From: a virus
Lineage: Duplodnaviria; Heunggongvirae; Uroviricota; Caudoviricetes
IMG/VR virus record: IMGVR_UViG_3300015214_000024
Span: 329,787 to 393,786 of that record
Reading direction: 5' to 3' (one strand)
Length of the DNA stretch: 64,000 nt
The notes below the pieces were generated by a model. That model saw only the letters and a program-made list of their open reading frames with translations, did no database searches and was not told the DNA's origin. Shown here piece after piece: positions 1 through 9,220 of this stretch (positions are counted from its first letter, which is position 1; each line of letters starts with the position of its first letter). A program made the translations under genes and the position numbers.

Positions 1-331
1 CAACAAGAGTTTTTTCGATCTTCCAAGTTCCTACTTGAATTGCATTATCACTTACCTTTTCAGTAATAATAGCTTCACGCAATTCTACATTGGACCTAGA
101 TTCTTCAATCATATCAGGCATTAAATTATTAATAGCCATAATATGTCGACGGATCTGATCAGCATCATCACCAGCCATTGCTGGGGGTGGTGCTACTGGC
201 GCAGAAACATTGTAATTTTCATTGATTGGGGTTGAGGGAGTATTTGAATAAAAATCTTCTTCATCTAAATTGTTAAGAAGACTCTGTATGCGGCGCATTT
301 CCGCCATATCTTCTGGTGTTGGACCGTTCAT
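1..331 (-). CDS. Hypothetical protein, 3'-truncated at window edge (MNGPTPEDMAEMRRIQSLL...)
   Basis: ATG at 331 abuts the TAA of the upstream ORF; frame reads open towards position 1; absent from the ORF track because it has no stop in the window. Confidence 0.7.
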   Translation of the reverse strand, partial: MNGPTPEDMAEMRRIQSLLNNLDEEDFYSNTPSTPINENYNVSAPVAPPPAMAGDDADQIRRHIMAINNLMPDMIEESRSNVELREAIITEKVSDNAIQVGTWKIEKTLV

Positions 332-532
332 TTAATCTCTCCAAACGTCTGGTTTTTGTACTACCCTATACTTATCACCATCACGTTCTAAAATACCACG
401 GCCCATAAGAAAAAACGCAAGATGGTCTTCTCGTTCATCGAGCGACTCACCTGTTTTAATCTTTTCGACAATTTGATGCTCTTCTTCACTTAGAGCAATT
501 TTGGCACCTGAAATTAATTCGTACAATTTCAT
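332..532 (-). CDS. Small hypothetical protein (MKLYELISG...)
   Basis: ORF track 332..565; ATG at 532 just after the upstream stop is the likelier start. Confidence 0.65.
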   Translation of the reverse strand: MKLYELISGAKIALSEEEHQIVEKIKTGESLDEREDHLAFFLMGRGILERDGDKYRVVQKPDVWRD

Positions 533-533
533 A

Positions 534-1592
534 TTAGATCTCGTTATATTTAACCCACAAAGCATCCACTAACGGGCATAGAAAATCTAGTCCACCGTTT
601 GCACCTTCAATCCAGCTTTGCAAAGCACTACCAAAATCACACAATGCGGTCTTAACCATAGCAAGCTGCTCAGCATCAATTTGTGGTTCAGTTGTTTGTT
701 CAGGATTAGTTAACATACTAATCAAACAGGCTTTAGAAGTCTCGTCCATATAATCAATAATCGACAAGATTTGATTTAGATCTGGAGATTCTAGTTCAGT
801 AATTTCATCCTGTTGAGCTTCTGATTCGATTGGCGATAGGCCTGACATTTTTCTTAAGCCATTCATACCAACACCTGGTATTGCAGTTAAACCGCCAACC
901 GGTGATATAACTATAGAAGACTCAAACAGTGCTTCAACGTTTTTCATTTCTGCAATTAAAGATGATTCTACGATTTTAAATTTATAACCATCTTCATCAT
1001 TAATTAAAACAGGGACCACTGTATTCTCAAACATACCACGCTTTAGTTGTGCTTTAGAGTCTTTTCGATCATTTTTTTTCTTTTTGTCTTGGACGATGCG
1101 ATGTTGGAACTGCCCTTTTGATAGTTCACGTGCTGGATCATACCCACCAGCTTTTGCTTTACCAGCCAATTGGCTTAGATTTGGTTTAGAATCTTTAGCT
1201 TCATCAACTTCTTTTTTAGCTTCTTGCTTGTGCCAATAAAGTAAATTATGAGCTTCGTGACCAGAGTGAGCAGTATCAACTATTTTATTTTGTTTATTAT
1301 CCCAAATTTCATATTGGCCATTAGACCCAGTTTCAATAGTAAATCTTGGCTTTTTTTCTTCAACAGATTCGTCAACACTTTGATATTCTTGGAACAGATT
1401 TTTAACAAAATTAACATCCTCGGCATCGGCACCATCTTTCAAAGCAGCTACAACTTTACCCTCATCAAAGGATGATATTGATTTATAAAAATCAGTAGCT
1501 TCTTCAGGACTGATTGATAACATCTCAGCCAAAGATTTCACAATACTATAATTATTGCGTTCTAAATATTCTCTAAGCGTTCTCATCATCAA
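534..1592 (-). CDS. Putative head-internal/virion protein with multiple hydrophobic-x-E motifs
   Basis: 352 aa; N-terminus MRTLREYLE resembles T4 capsid-targeting leaders; internal VDES, VDEA, MFEN, IVES, LFES motifs. Confidence 0.5.
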   Translation of the reverse strand: MMMRTLREYLERNNYSIVKSLAEMLSISPEEATDFYKSISSFDEGKVVAALKDGADAEDVNFVKNLFQEYQSVDESVEEKKPRFTIETGSNGQYEIWDNKQNKIVDTAHSGHEAHNLLYWHKQEAKKEVDEAKDSKPNLSQLAGKAKAGGYDPARELSKGQFQHRIVQDKKKKNDRKDSKAQLKRGMFENTVVPVLINDEDGYKFKIVESSLIAEMKNVEALFESSIVISPVGGLTAIPGVGMNGLRKMSGLSPIESEAQQDEITELESPDLNQILSIIDYMDETSKACLISMLTNPEQTTEPQIDAEQLAMVKTALCDFGSALQSWIEGANGGLDFLCPLVDALWVKYNEI

Positions 1593-1755
1593 TCTCCATA
1601 GTGTCTGTTTTAAAATAATCTTGTGGATTATTTATAATGCTTCCTTTGTTAGGACCTGACATACATTTATACAACTTAATTTGCTCACCGTCGATCACTT
1701 TCCATATAGGACGAAGTTTTGCAGGCTTTAAGTTTTTTAAATTTGAAACTTTCAT
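1573..1755 (-). CDS. Small basic hypothetical protein
   Basis: 60 aa; start overlaps upstream stop; YKCMSGPNKG motif. Confidence 0.55.
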   Translation of the reverse strand: MKVSNLKNLKPAKLRPIWKVIDGEQIKLYKCMSGPNKGSIINNPQDYFKTDTMEIDDENA

Positions 1756-2183
1756 TTTTGAATCCTATAATGTTGCGGATCATTCCAGAATCTAGCTACC
1801 TGTATTAGCTCTTTTGAAACTTCACGCAAATGGTCATCGAGCTTTTCAATTCTTCGCGATTGTTCACTGATTCTTTCAGCAATGCGATCTTCACGATCAT
1901 CAAGTGCTTCCTTGTATTCTTTCTCGAGAGCCTTCAAATTTTCCATCATTTCAGCTCGAAGCTTGGCAATATCATCACATACTTTCTGTATGTCTTTATT
2001 AAATCCTGCTGTCATATTTTCACAGTTAGCTTCAGATGTTTTTTGTTTGGTCTCTAAAACTTGAACTCGGTCTGAAAGCAATGAAAATGGCTTCTTCCAG
2101 TTATTTCGAAACAAACGAATCATAAAACCTGAAAACACAATCGCCACTATTGCTATTGGTATGATAATGTCTAACGATGCCAT
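1752..2183 (-). CDS. Membrane-anchored coiled-coil protein (possibly holin-like)
   Basis: One N-terminal hydrophobic segment (IIIPIAIVAIVFSGFMI) then a long charged heptad-like region. Confidence 0.55.
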   Translation of the reverse strand: MASLDIIIPIAIVAIVFSGFMIRLFRNNWKKPFSLLSDRVQVLETKQKTSEANCENMTAGFNKDIQKVCDDIAKLRAEMMENLKALEKEYKEALDDREDRIAERISEQSRRIEKLDDHLREVSKELIQVARFWNDPQHYRIQK

Positions 2184-2187
2184 ATTT

Positions 2188-3039
2188 TTATCCTGGTAAG
2201 TTGTTTGTTATACCCAGCAATTTTGGCAATAACATTTTTTGGGCGCTTATGTTGGTTGCTGATACCACATAGCCTTTGCCGCCACCATTAATGCGAGTAA
2301 TATCTAAAAGAATATACATCGCATTTCCATCTTCGCAGTCAAATAATACTTCTTCTGAATATCTTCTTTCACCACTGATTAAAAAATTTTGTAAATTTAT
2401 TTTAAACTCTTCACGCTGTGATTGGTCTATAAACTCCAACCATCCTTTTCGATAAAAATCTCTTTCCAACCAACCTAACATTCCTATAAGCATCTCATTC
2501 ACATAAACACAATTACCATTATTATCAATTTTTAAAAGCCCAATCGGAGATGCTTTTGCTAAGCTTTGATACATCTCTTGACTTTCTTCCAATTCTTGTG
2601 TTCGTTCTTTAACTAAATCTTCCAACTTATTCTGTTGAGTGAACACAAGCATTTCTAATCTTATGCGTTCGTGTGCTTCTTGAAGCGCTTTTAATATTTC
2701 ATCAGGAGATAAACTTTTCTCAATGTAATCAAATGCACCCTCTTTCAAAGCCGTTATTGCATTTTCCTTTGTTGCATAAGCAGTCAATATCAATGTCAAT
2801 ATGGGCCGATTAATCAAATTAATACTTTCAAACAAATCCAAGCCATTATCTCGTCCTAATTTCAAATCTAAAATGATAATATCAGGACTAAATTCGTGAA
2901 GCTTGGTTATTGCTGATTTCAGATTGAATGCTGTTTGAATTTCCACTTTCATCATAGATGCGATACCGACCAAGGAATCGGAAAAATCCTTATCGTCTTC
3001 TACAATCAACAATTTAACTGGATTCATTTCAATACCCAT
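2188..3039 (-). CDS. Response-regulator receiver (REC) + coiled coil + PAS domain protein, no output domain
   Basis: REC motifs LLIVEDD, IIILDLKL (phospho-acceptor Asp), LILTAYA, FDYIEK; linker LEDLVKERTQELEES; PAS start YQSLAKASPIGLLKIDNNGNCVYVN. Confidence 0.9.
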   Translation of the reverse strand: MGIEMNPVKLLIVEDDKDFSDSLVGIASMMKVEIQTAFNLKSAITKLHEFSPDIIILDLKLGRDNGLDLFESINLINRPILTLILTAYATKENAITALKEGAFDYIEKSLSPDEILKALQEAHERIRLEMLVFTQQNKLEDLVKERTQELEESQEMYQSLAKASPIGLLKIDNNGNCVYVNEMLIGMLGWLERDFYRKGWLEFIDQSQREEFKINLQNFLISGERRYSEEVLFDCEDGNAMYILLDITRINGGGKGYVVSATNISAQKMLLPKLLGITNNLPG

Positions 3040-3057
3040 TCAAACTTACTTCACGAG

Positions 3058-3064
3058 TATTTAT
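3058..3064 (-). promoter_or_regulatory. T4-late-type promoter (ATAAATA) upstream of the REC-PAS gene
   Basis: tatttat on + strand, about 20 nt upstream of the start; same motif precedes many structural genes. Confidence 0.6.
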
Positions 3065-3087
3065 TATAATGTTGTTCTAAAGGTAAT

Positions 3088-3786
3088 TTACATTTTTTTG
3101 TTGAATTTTAGATCTACTTGAGCATACTTATCAAGTTCACCGCTTAATGTGGCGCAGCCGTTGTGTTTTTTCATTATGTCTTGGACAATTGATAATCCCA
3201 ATCCTATACCAAATGATTTGGTAGAAATTAACGGTTCAAATAGTTGCTCAGATGACGAAGTGTCAATTCCTGGACCATTGTCATAGATAGAAATTATAGT
3301 ATGTTGATCAGTAATTGATGAAGTAATATTAACGTATCCAGCACCTTTGCCGACTTCTGGATCCATTATTGCTTCAATTGAATTTTTAAGAATATTTAAA
3401 AATACTCTATGCATACGATCAGGATCGATATTTAAATGGAGATTGGGGGAGACATCATTGTTAATTTGTATTGATGAGGGCTTAACTAAATCCTCGAGCA
3501 CTTTATCAATTAATTGACTTATATTAATTCGTCGCTTAATCAATTTAGTATGTCGAGTAAAATCAAGCAAATCATTTACTATGTTATTGCATCGATCTAT
3601 ATTTCTAAAAATTCTTGATAAAATCTCATCAATTTTTTCATCAACAACGTATTCTTCATTTAATCGATTTTGCATTAGGAATAGTGAATTGCGAATAGTG
3701 CCCAACGGGTTTTTCAACTCGTGGGCAACTACCGCAGTCAATTCACCTAAAATTTCAAATTTCTGCTTGTTTTGGTCATTAGACAT
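3088..3786 (-). CDS. Sensor-less histidine kinase (HisKA + HATPase_c, NtrB-like)
   Basis: H-box AHELKNPL, N-box VFLNILKNSIEA, G1 DNGPGI, F-box LFEP, G2 GIGLGLSIV; no TM or sensor domain. Confidence 0.92.
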   Translation of the reverse strand: MSNDQNKQKFEILGELTAVVAHELKNPLGTIRNSLFLMQNRLNEEYVVDEKIDEILSRIFRNIDRCNNIVNDLLDFTRHTKLIKRRINISQLIDKVLEDLVKPSSIQINNDVSPNLHLNIDPDRMHRVFLNILKNSIEAIMDPEVGKGAGYVNITSSITDQHTIISIYDNGPGIDTSSSEQLFEPLISTKSFGIGLGLSIVQDIMKKHNGCATLSGELDKYAQVDLKFNKKM

Positions 3787-4322
3787 TAATTTGGAGCCGT
3801 ACCGTCTGTATCGTTTGATGGCAATGAAGACATATAATCATAAGCGTCTACTGAATTTGAATCAGTAAGGGCATCGATAGCAATATATTGGTTTACCTGC
3901 CAAGTGCATACACCGCTGATATAATCAGCCATAACATTATTAAACGCTATAAATTGCGTATAATCCATAGCAATAAAGTTATATTCAGTATCAAAGCATC
4001 CGCTAAAATTACTCAAACTACCATTTGCTAAAAGCGAAGTAGCGACCTGGCTATAAATTGATCTTTTGTATATAGACACATCAAAGTGGTGACTTTGATA
4101 CCACATTCCTTGCGTCTCTAGTATTCCTATAGTAAAATTGTCAAGTTCTCTCTTTTTATAGATTTTTGTCAATGTAACTTGTTCACTCAACAGTTGATTT
4201 TCAGGTATTGCCTGTTGCGGATCATCCCATACAATATCATTATAATCGTACAAATCACCACCATTAGTGGCATTAATTCCAGGATGGTAATAGGTCAAAA
4301 CCGTAATTAAATCTGGTATCAT
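3786..4322 (-). CDS. Tail-fibre assembly chaperone-like protein (DUF4376-like)
   Basis: Paralogous to 5315..5914 (YxxIxW..., IDALTDxxxVxxY); downstream of fibre genes. Confidence 0.6.
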   Translation of the reverse strand: MIPDLITVLTYYHPGINATNGGDLYDYNDIVWDDPQQAIPENQLLSEQVTLTKIYKKRELDNFTIGILETQGMWYQSHHFDVSIYKRSIYSQVATSLLANGSLSNFSGCFDTEYNFIAMDYTQFIAFNNVMADYISGVCTWQVNQYIAIDALTDSNSVDAYDYMSSLPSNDTDGTAPN

Positions 4323-4356
4323 TTTAATATCTCCTTACTAGGTATGTTTTTGTATA

Positions 4357-4851
4357 TCAATTGTATTTACAGATATGGACTTCGCAAGGAAAGGTTATCT
4401 CTAACATTTCTATAACAGATTCAATATCTTCTATCAACTTATTACCTTTGATTAATTTATCTTCTTCTTTGATCCATCCCATATATACCAATGCTTGGAA
4501 ACAGTACTCAAAACAGTAAGAATTTCTTTTATTTTGAAGCCAGGACCAACCAAAAAACCATCCAATGATACTTAAAAAATCATACGGTGAGCCAACTTTA
4601 CTTTCACACCAAGCTTTCAATTTTTCAATGTCAGAATGATGTAAAGTTAGCTGTAAATCAAATGCTCTTCTTGGCGGGACAGCAACTGATTTATCAGATA
4701 GTGGGAGCATAACAGTCCACGGAATTTGGGCTGAATATGCAGCATCATCAATTATTATGCAAACGTGGCTCCAAGGTTCACCCAATCTCCACGATATTAA
4801 ACGGCCAACAAATGAATTCGGTTTTAAAAAACGGAAAATAACGTTTGTCAT
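4357..4851 (-). CDS. Permuted papain-like (NlpC/P60, YaeF/YiiX-type) amidase
   Basis: WSHV His motif near the N-terminus, GSPYD, then YCFEY Cys motif: His-before-Cys order of permuted NlpC/P60. Confidence 0.75.
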   Translation of the reverse strand: MTNVIFRFLKPNSFVGRLISWRLGEPWSHVCIIIDDAAYSAQIPWTVMLPLSDKSVAVPPRRAFDLQLTLHHSDIEKLKAWCESKVGSPYDFLSIIGWFFGWSWLQNKRNSYCFEYCFQALVYMGWIKEEDKLIKGNKLIEDIESVIEMLEITFPCEVHICKYN

Positions 4852-4902
4852 ATCAAGTCCCTTGCTATAAAAAGCAATCAAATATTACTTTTGTAAAAAT
4901 AT

Positions 4903-5313
4903 TTATTGCTTTTTACGTTTGCGAGCTTCTGATCGTTCTGTTGCTTCCAATGCAGTTTTTTGTTTATGACAAGGCTTACATAAAGTCTGTAAATTCTCCA
5001 AATCCCAAGCCCACGTTTGCCCGCTTGCTTGATATAATGGAACAATGTGGTCCAGATCCCATCCATTAGGGCCTTTTTTGTCACAAATAGTATGACATTT
5101 CGCACATTTACCTTTATCTCGTCTCCAAACTATTTTCCTAGTATATGAAGGCCAGAAATAAAATTTATATATTTGAACACATTCTTTATGCCAAGTTGAT
5201 TTAGTCAGTTTACCATTTTTCAATTTTTTAGTTATTGGCTTATTACACCATCTACATATTCCAGGTCGTATGTCATTAAAATGACAAGGTAATGGAAATT
5301 TTCTATGACTCAT
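4903..5313 (-). CDS. HNH endonuclease
   Basis: RDKGKCAKC, DLDHIVP, NLQTLCKPCHKQKT; extra N-terminal CRWC. Confidence 0.85.
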   Translation of the reverse strand: MSHRKFPLPCHFNDIRPGICRWCNKPITKKLKNGKLTKSTWHKECVQIYKFYFWPSYTRKIVWRRDKGKCAKCHTICDKKGPNGWDLDHIVPLYQASGQTWAWDLENLQTLCKPCHKQKTALEATERSEARKRKKQ

Positions 5314-5314
5314 A

Positions 5315-5914
5315 TTATAATGGATAATCAGTATCTAAAGATATTTGAGCCGCCTGAATCGACTGTTCAGTAGAAATACCCCCTGGCCCTGAACCATCGA
5401 AATTATTATTAGGCCAATAATTGGCTGGATTGAAATTATTGATAGCATTAACATCGCTGAGAGAATCGATTCGGGTTTTTAATACCCACGACCAGGCAAA
5501 AACCATAGATACATATGCGCCCATTGATACACCGAATGCCGAAAGAGTTGAACCATCCATTAGTATGTTTTGGTTATCCAAAGTCCTCCAGGAAAAATCA
5601 GCTGGCAACGTTGTTCCAACTAATACAGACGTCACTGCACCGGTGATGTTAGCCTTTGCTAATGTGTCACAGTCATATACGTTTCCTTGAAAATAAAAAC
5701 CACCATCATCTAAAAAAACATCTCGATAGTTGTTTATTTCTTTTTGTTTTTCACGCACAACCAGATCTGCCCAATCCGAATCTAGCTGAGATTGAGAAGG
5801 CAGTGGATCACCACTCTCCCATATAATTGACGAATAATCTGACGGATCAGGACTAATGCAAATTACTCCAGGATATTTTTCAGATAATAAATTCATATAA
5901 TTTTTTTGAATCAT
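5315..5914 (-). CDS. Tail-fibre assembly chaperone (DUF4376-like)
   Basis: GGFYFQGNVYDCD...FSWRTLDNQNILMD pattern typical of DUF4376; directly after fibre genes. Confidence 0.7.
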   Translation of the reverse strand: MIQKNYMNLLSEKYPGVICISPDPSDYSSIIWESGDPLPSQSQLDSDWADLVVREKQKEINNYRDVFLDDGGFYFQGNVYDCDTLAKANITGAVTSVLVGTTLPADFSWRTLDNQNILMDGSTLSAFGVSMGAYVSMVFAWSWVLKTRIDSLSDVNAINNFNPANYWPNNNFDGSGPGGISTEQSIQAAQISLDTDYPL

Positions 5915-5928
5915 TTTATAAATCCTTA

Positions 5929-6612
5929 TTAAATTTCAGTAATACTCCAGGTAGTATTATTATTTCCACCAAAGTCGTGCGCGCCGTCGCTTCCTCGACC
6001 CAAGTACCAAGTACCAGATCCAGCTGTAATGCCAATTCTCATTGAATAAGTAATCGATGAAGTAGTTCCTGGCTGATGAACAAAATGAATAGAAGCCTGT
6101 CTAGCACCATTAACATCAGATGATGATAGAAAACCAGAAACTGATGGAAACCAAGCCTCAGTGGCAGTCAAGAAAGTGTTACCAGCAAAGAGCGCTATAA
6201 CAGTACCACGACCTAACGTTGATACGCCAACTGGTGCAGAATAATTGATAATTATATTCGATGAAGTTGATGTTGGTGTTATTGATTGAGACATTATCTG
6301 ACTGCCTTGAGATATAGTAACCGTGGTAGATGCGTCAATCGTTGATCCACCAGTTAAGATACCGATACTACCTGAATAAAAATTTTTAATCGAAAATGCA
6401 CTTGTTAAAGGTACCCAAGCGGTGCCAGTATCTCGATAAATTATATTTTGATCGGTTGCAATATAAAGGTGGCCGGTATTACCAAACGACGGAATGGATG
6501 AATATAGGCCAGATGTCATTTTATCGTTACCTCCACCATTCAACATCACTAAAGTTCCGTTGACATCTGGCGTATTAGTAAACGAATGTGATCCGTAAAT
6601 TGGTGTTGACAT
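5929..6612 (-). CDS. Tail fibre/receptor-binding accessory protein
   Basis: GxLYIATDxNxIYRDTGxAW motif; ITPTSTSSNIII...HQPGTTSSITY beta-sandwich C-terminus. Confidence 0.6.
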   Translation of the reverse strand: MSTPIYGSHSFTNTPDVNGTLVMLNGGGNDKMTSGLYSSIPSFGNTGHLYIATDQNIIYRDTGTAWVPLTSAFSIKNFYSGSIGILTGGSTIDASTTVTISQGSQIMSQSITPTSTSSNIIINYSAPVGVSTLGRGTVIALFAGNTFLTATEAWFPSVSGFLSSSDVNGARQASIHFVHQPGTTSSITYSMRIGITAGSGTWYLGRGSDGAHDFGGNNNTTWSITEI

Positions 6613-6626
6613 TACTTATTGTTCCT

Positions 6627-7364
6627 TTAACTCGTAATTCTTGGTCTACTGTTATTATAACATATGCCAGTAGTGTAAGTTAATGCAGTACCGGATCCAG
6701 AAATCATATTAGCATTTCTAGTATAATCAATGCAATTTGATATTGATCCCGAGCCGGCTTCCAGGAAAGCATAACGCGATACTAAGCCTGCCACGATACC
6801 ATCCCTTAACCCTTTTAAATTGTAAATTGTTAATATTTCGTCAGCTGATAAAATTCGATTATACAATGCCACACCATCAATCATACACGTACTTGACTCA
6901 TTCGTACCGCCAGATGTTTGTGGATATCCATTTAGATAAATTTGCGTAGTATTTGCTGCCGTCTGATTTGAATTAGTAGACGTGCCTGCCAACGATCCAT
7001 TAATATATAAAGAATGAGTCTGCGATCCTCCGGAAATGGCTGTGCAAGTATAAGCTACGTGTATCCAGCTACCATTTGATAACGTTGGCGAACCGGCAGT
7101 GGTATTTACCAATGTTATACCACCCCAAGTCCAAGCATAAAATTGGCCGGCAACATTTCGAGCACCGAGCTGAACGCCACTAGTAGGTGATGTCGATGCT
7201 GTGGCTGACCCATCATATATGCCAATCATTGATGATGTTGTGGTCGAACCCCATCCATTAAAATTAACCCATCCCATAAGAGTCAAGGCACTAGCTGTTG
7301 AAGGCATATTAGACGCCGGATAGGAAGAAAGATATGTGCCGCCTGCTGAGCATTGAACCGCCAT
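6627..7364 (-). CDS. LamG/concanavalin A-like virion protein
   Basis: WIHVAYT, LYING, IDGVALYNRILSADEI motifs; start overlaps upstream stop (TAATG). Confidence 0.75.
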   Translation of the reverse strand: MAVQCSAGGTYLSSYPASNMPSTASALTLMGWVNFNGWGSTTTSSMIGIYDGSATASTSPTSGVQLGARNVAGQFYAWTWGGITLVNTTAGSPTLSNGSWIHVAYTCTAISGGSQTHSLYINGSLAGTSTNSNQTAANTTQIYLNGYPQTSGGTNESSTCMIDGVALYNRILSADEILTIYNLKGLRDGIVAGLVSRYAFLEAGSGSISNCIDYTRNANMISGSGTALTYTTGICYNNSRPRITS

Positions 7365-9145
7365 TAGCTTATCTCCGTTATCAATTCTGCCAAATACCAA
7401 GCACTTGATGAAAGTGTACCACCATTTCGAGTCAACTCAAACTCATAAAAAGTACCAGCAGTCAGTCCCAATGATGCTAATGAAACTGACACTGTGGTAT
7501 ATTGATAAAACGCATTCGTCGGTATGGTCAACGTAGTTAATGTCGTGGCCGCAGACCAAGACCCGACGGCTGCGTTATTAGGTATAGCTCTTGAATATAA
7601 TCGCAAAACAACTGTAGATGGTGATCCAGGGGCAGTTGCAGCGCGACCTTTAATATGAAATGCTATAGTCGTTGAACCAGTTGGTATAGTTGAATAAAAA
7701 CCAACACCATTCTCAGATCCGGTGGCGAACGACCTAACTAATAGAGAATTTCTTGATGGATCATTAATAACTGGAGCAAGCAAATTTACTGGCCAATCTG
7801 AATTATTCGGACTTTCAAACGATGCAGCTGAAAAAGCATTTCTATATGATGTAGTAGTATTGATAGTAACCGTAGCAAGATTGCTACCTGAATTTACTGC
7901 TGAAACATTAGTTCCTGCAAAGTTAATAGAATTGTATGTGCCTCCAATGTCAACGCCATTTGATTGGATTCCTACTACGTTTGCTGAAGGGGCCATCGTT
8001 TGCCCATTTGCCAAAACGGTAACATTAATGGTATGAGTATTTCCAGTAACAGTGATTGTAAGTGAATTTGCTGACGTCAATACAATCTTATCTGGAAATA
8101 TAATCGTATTATTAGCCGTGTCATACAATGTAACTCCAACATTTCTAGTATTCAAATTATGGGCTACCACTGCTGAATATAAATTACCAGAAACCAATGT
8201 CCAAGAACTAATCGTAGTAGAATATGATGTCGCGGCACTTGCCCAAGTTTGATTCACCCAAGCACTACCATTCCAAGTTAATAGCTGGTTTGATGATGGT
8301 GATGAAATATTTGTGTCAGTCAAACTTGAAAGTGTATCAGCTGACCAAGAATAAGCAGAACCACTCCATCTCAATTTAGTATTGGTGCCAGAAGGGGCAA
8401 TCAAGTTTAATGCATTAGTGCCATTGCCAACCAAAAGGTTGTTAGCTGTGACGGATGATCTTCCAGTACCACCATTCGCCACATTTAATGTCCCGCCAAG
8501 AGTTATTATTCCTGATGTTGCTGAGGTAGGAGTTAGCCCAGTAGTTCCGCCACTGAATGTAGTCACGCCAGTGCTTGATGTCAAATATGTATTTGTGTCA
8601 AGGGTCCAAGTATCAGTTCCTGTCCTTCTGGCTAAACCTGTACCACTCAACCCTTCTAAAGCAGCCAAATCATTTGCTAACGCAAATGTTAAAGTACCTG
8701 ATGAAATGATAGGAGAACCGCTAATAGTTAAACCTGCGGCCGGTTGTGAAGCCGCAATAGATGTGACAGCTGATGACCAGCCAAAGGTTCCAGCACTTAA
8801 AAGATATAAAAATTGACCAGTTGATCCAGGGGAAGATGGCCAAGTTAATTGTATATTTGATGTGATAGTATCTGGAGCAGCAAAAGAAATAAAATTAGAT
8901 TCATCAGTATCATAAAAACGCATTCTGGCAGGAGTGGATGATCCGACGCTTTTTAGATTGATTGAACCGTCATATATTCCAGATGATCCTGACCCTACTA
9001 TTAAATTGATTGATCCGCCGCTATCGGTTGTAGACGACCCGGTTGTGATATTAAAAGATTCACCATTTGGACTTTCAGGATTAGATGAATCACTTCCATT
9101 TCTGGTAGAGATATCACCCTGTTGTTTTATATTACCAATCTTCAT
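7364..9145 (-). CDS. Tail fibre protein
   Basis: S/T/G-rich; GTLNVANGGTG and LTDTNISSPSSNQLLTWNGSAWVN fibre motifs. Confidence 0.75.
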   Translation of the reverse strand: MKIGNIKQQGDISTRNGSDSSNPESPNGESFNITTGSSTTDSGGSINLIVGSGSSGIYDGSINLKSVGSSTPARMRFYDTDESNFISFAAPDTITSNIQLTWPSSPGSTGQFLYLLSAGTFGWSSAVTSIAASQPAAGLTISGSPIISSGTLTFALANDLAALEGLSGTGLARRTGTDTWTLDTNTYLTSSTGVTTFSGGTTGLTPTSATSGIITLGGTLNVANGGTGRSSVTANNLLVGNGTNALNLIAPSGTNTKLRWSGSAYSWSADTLSSLTDTNISSPSSNQLLTWNGSAWVNQTWASAATSYSTTISSWTLVSGNLYSAVVAHNLNTRNVGVTLYDTANNTIIFPDKIVLTSANSLTITVTGNTHTINVTVLANGQTMAPSANVVGIQSNGVDIGGTYNSINFAGTNVSAVNSGSNLATVTINTTTSYRNAFSAASFESPNNSDWPVNLLAPVINDPSRNSLLVRSFATGSENGVGFYSTIPTGSTTIAFHIKGRAATAPGSPSTVVLRLYSRAIPNNAAVGSWSAATTLTTLTIPTNAFYQYTTVSVSLASLGLTAGTFYEFELTRNGGTLSSSAWYLAELITEIS

Positions 9146-9166
9146 ATTTGTTTACGCCCGACATAA

Positions 9167-9200
9167 AAATAGTGGCAAGTTCGCACCTGCCACTATTTAT
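9167..9200 (-). terminator. Intrinsic terminator hairpin with an overlapping ATAAATA late promoter
   Basis: Inverted repeat aaatagtggca/tgccactattt with T-run on minus strand; tatttat at 9194-9200. Confidence 0.55.
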
Positions 9201-9220
9201 GGTTATTTGTTAGCTAAAAT

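Noticed and set aside
2188-3786. Two-component genes as host contamination or a prophage boundary
   Set aside because: Flanked by phage genes, translationally coupled to one, carrying a phage late-promoter motif and sharing the CATG avoidance
4878-5105. 75-aa alternative-frame ORF overlapping the HNH gene
   Set aside because: Almost entirely inside a well-supported CDS on the same strand; no independent evidence
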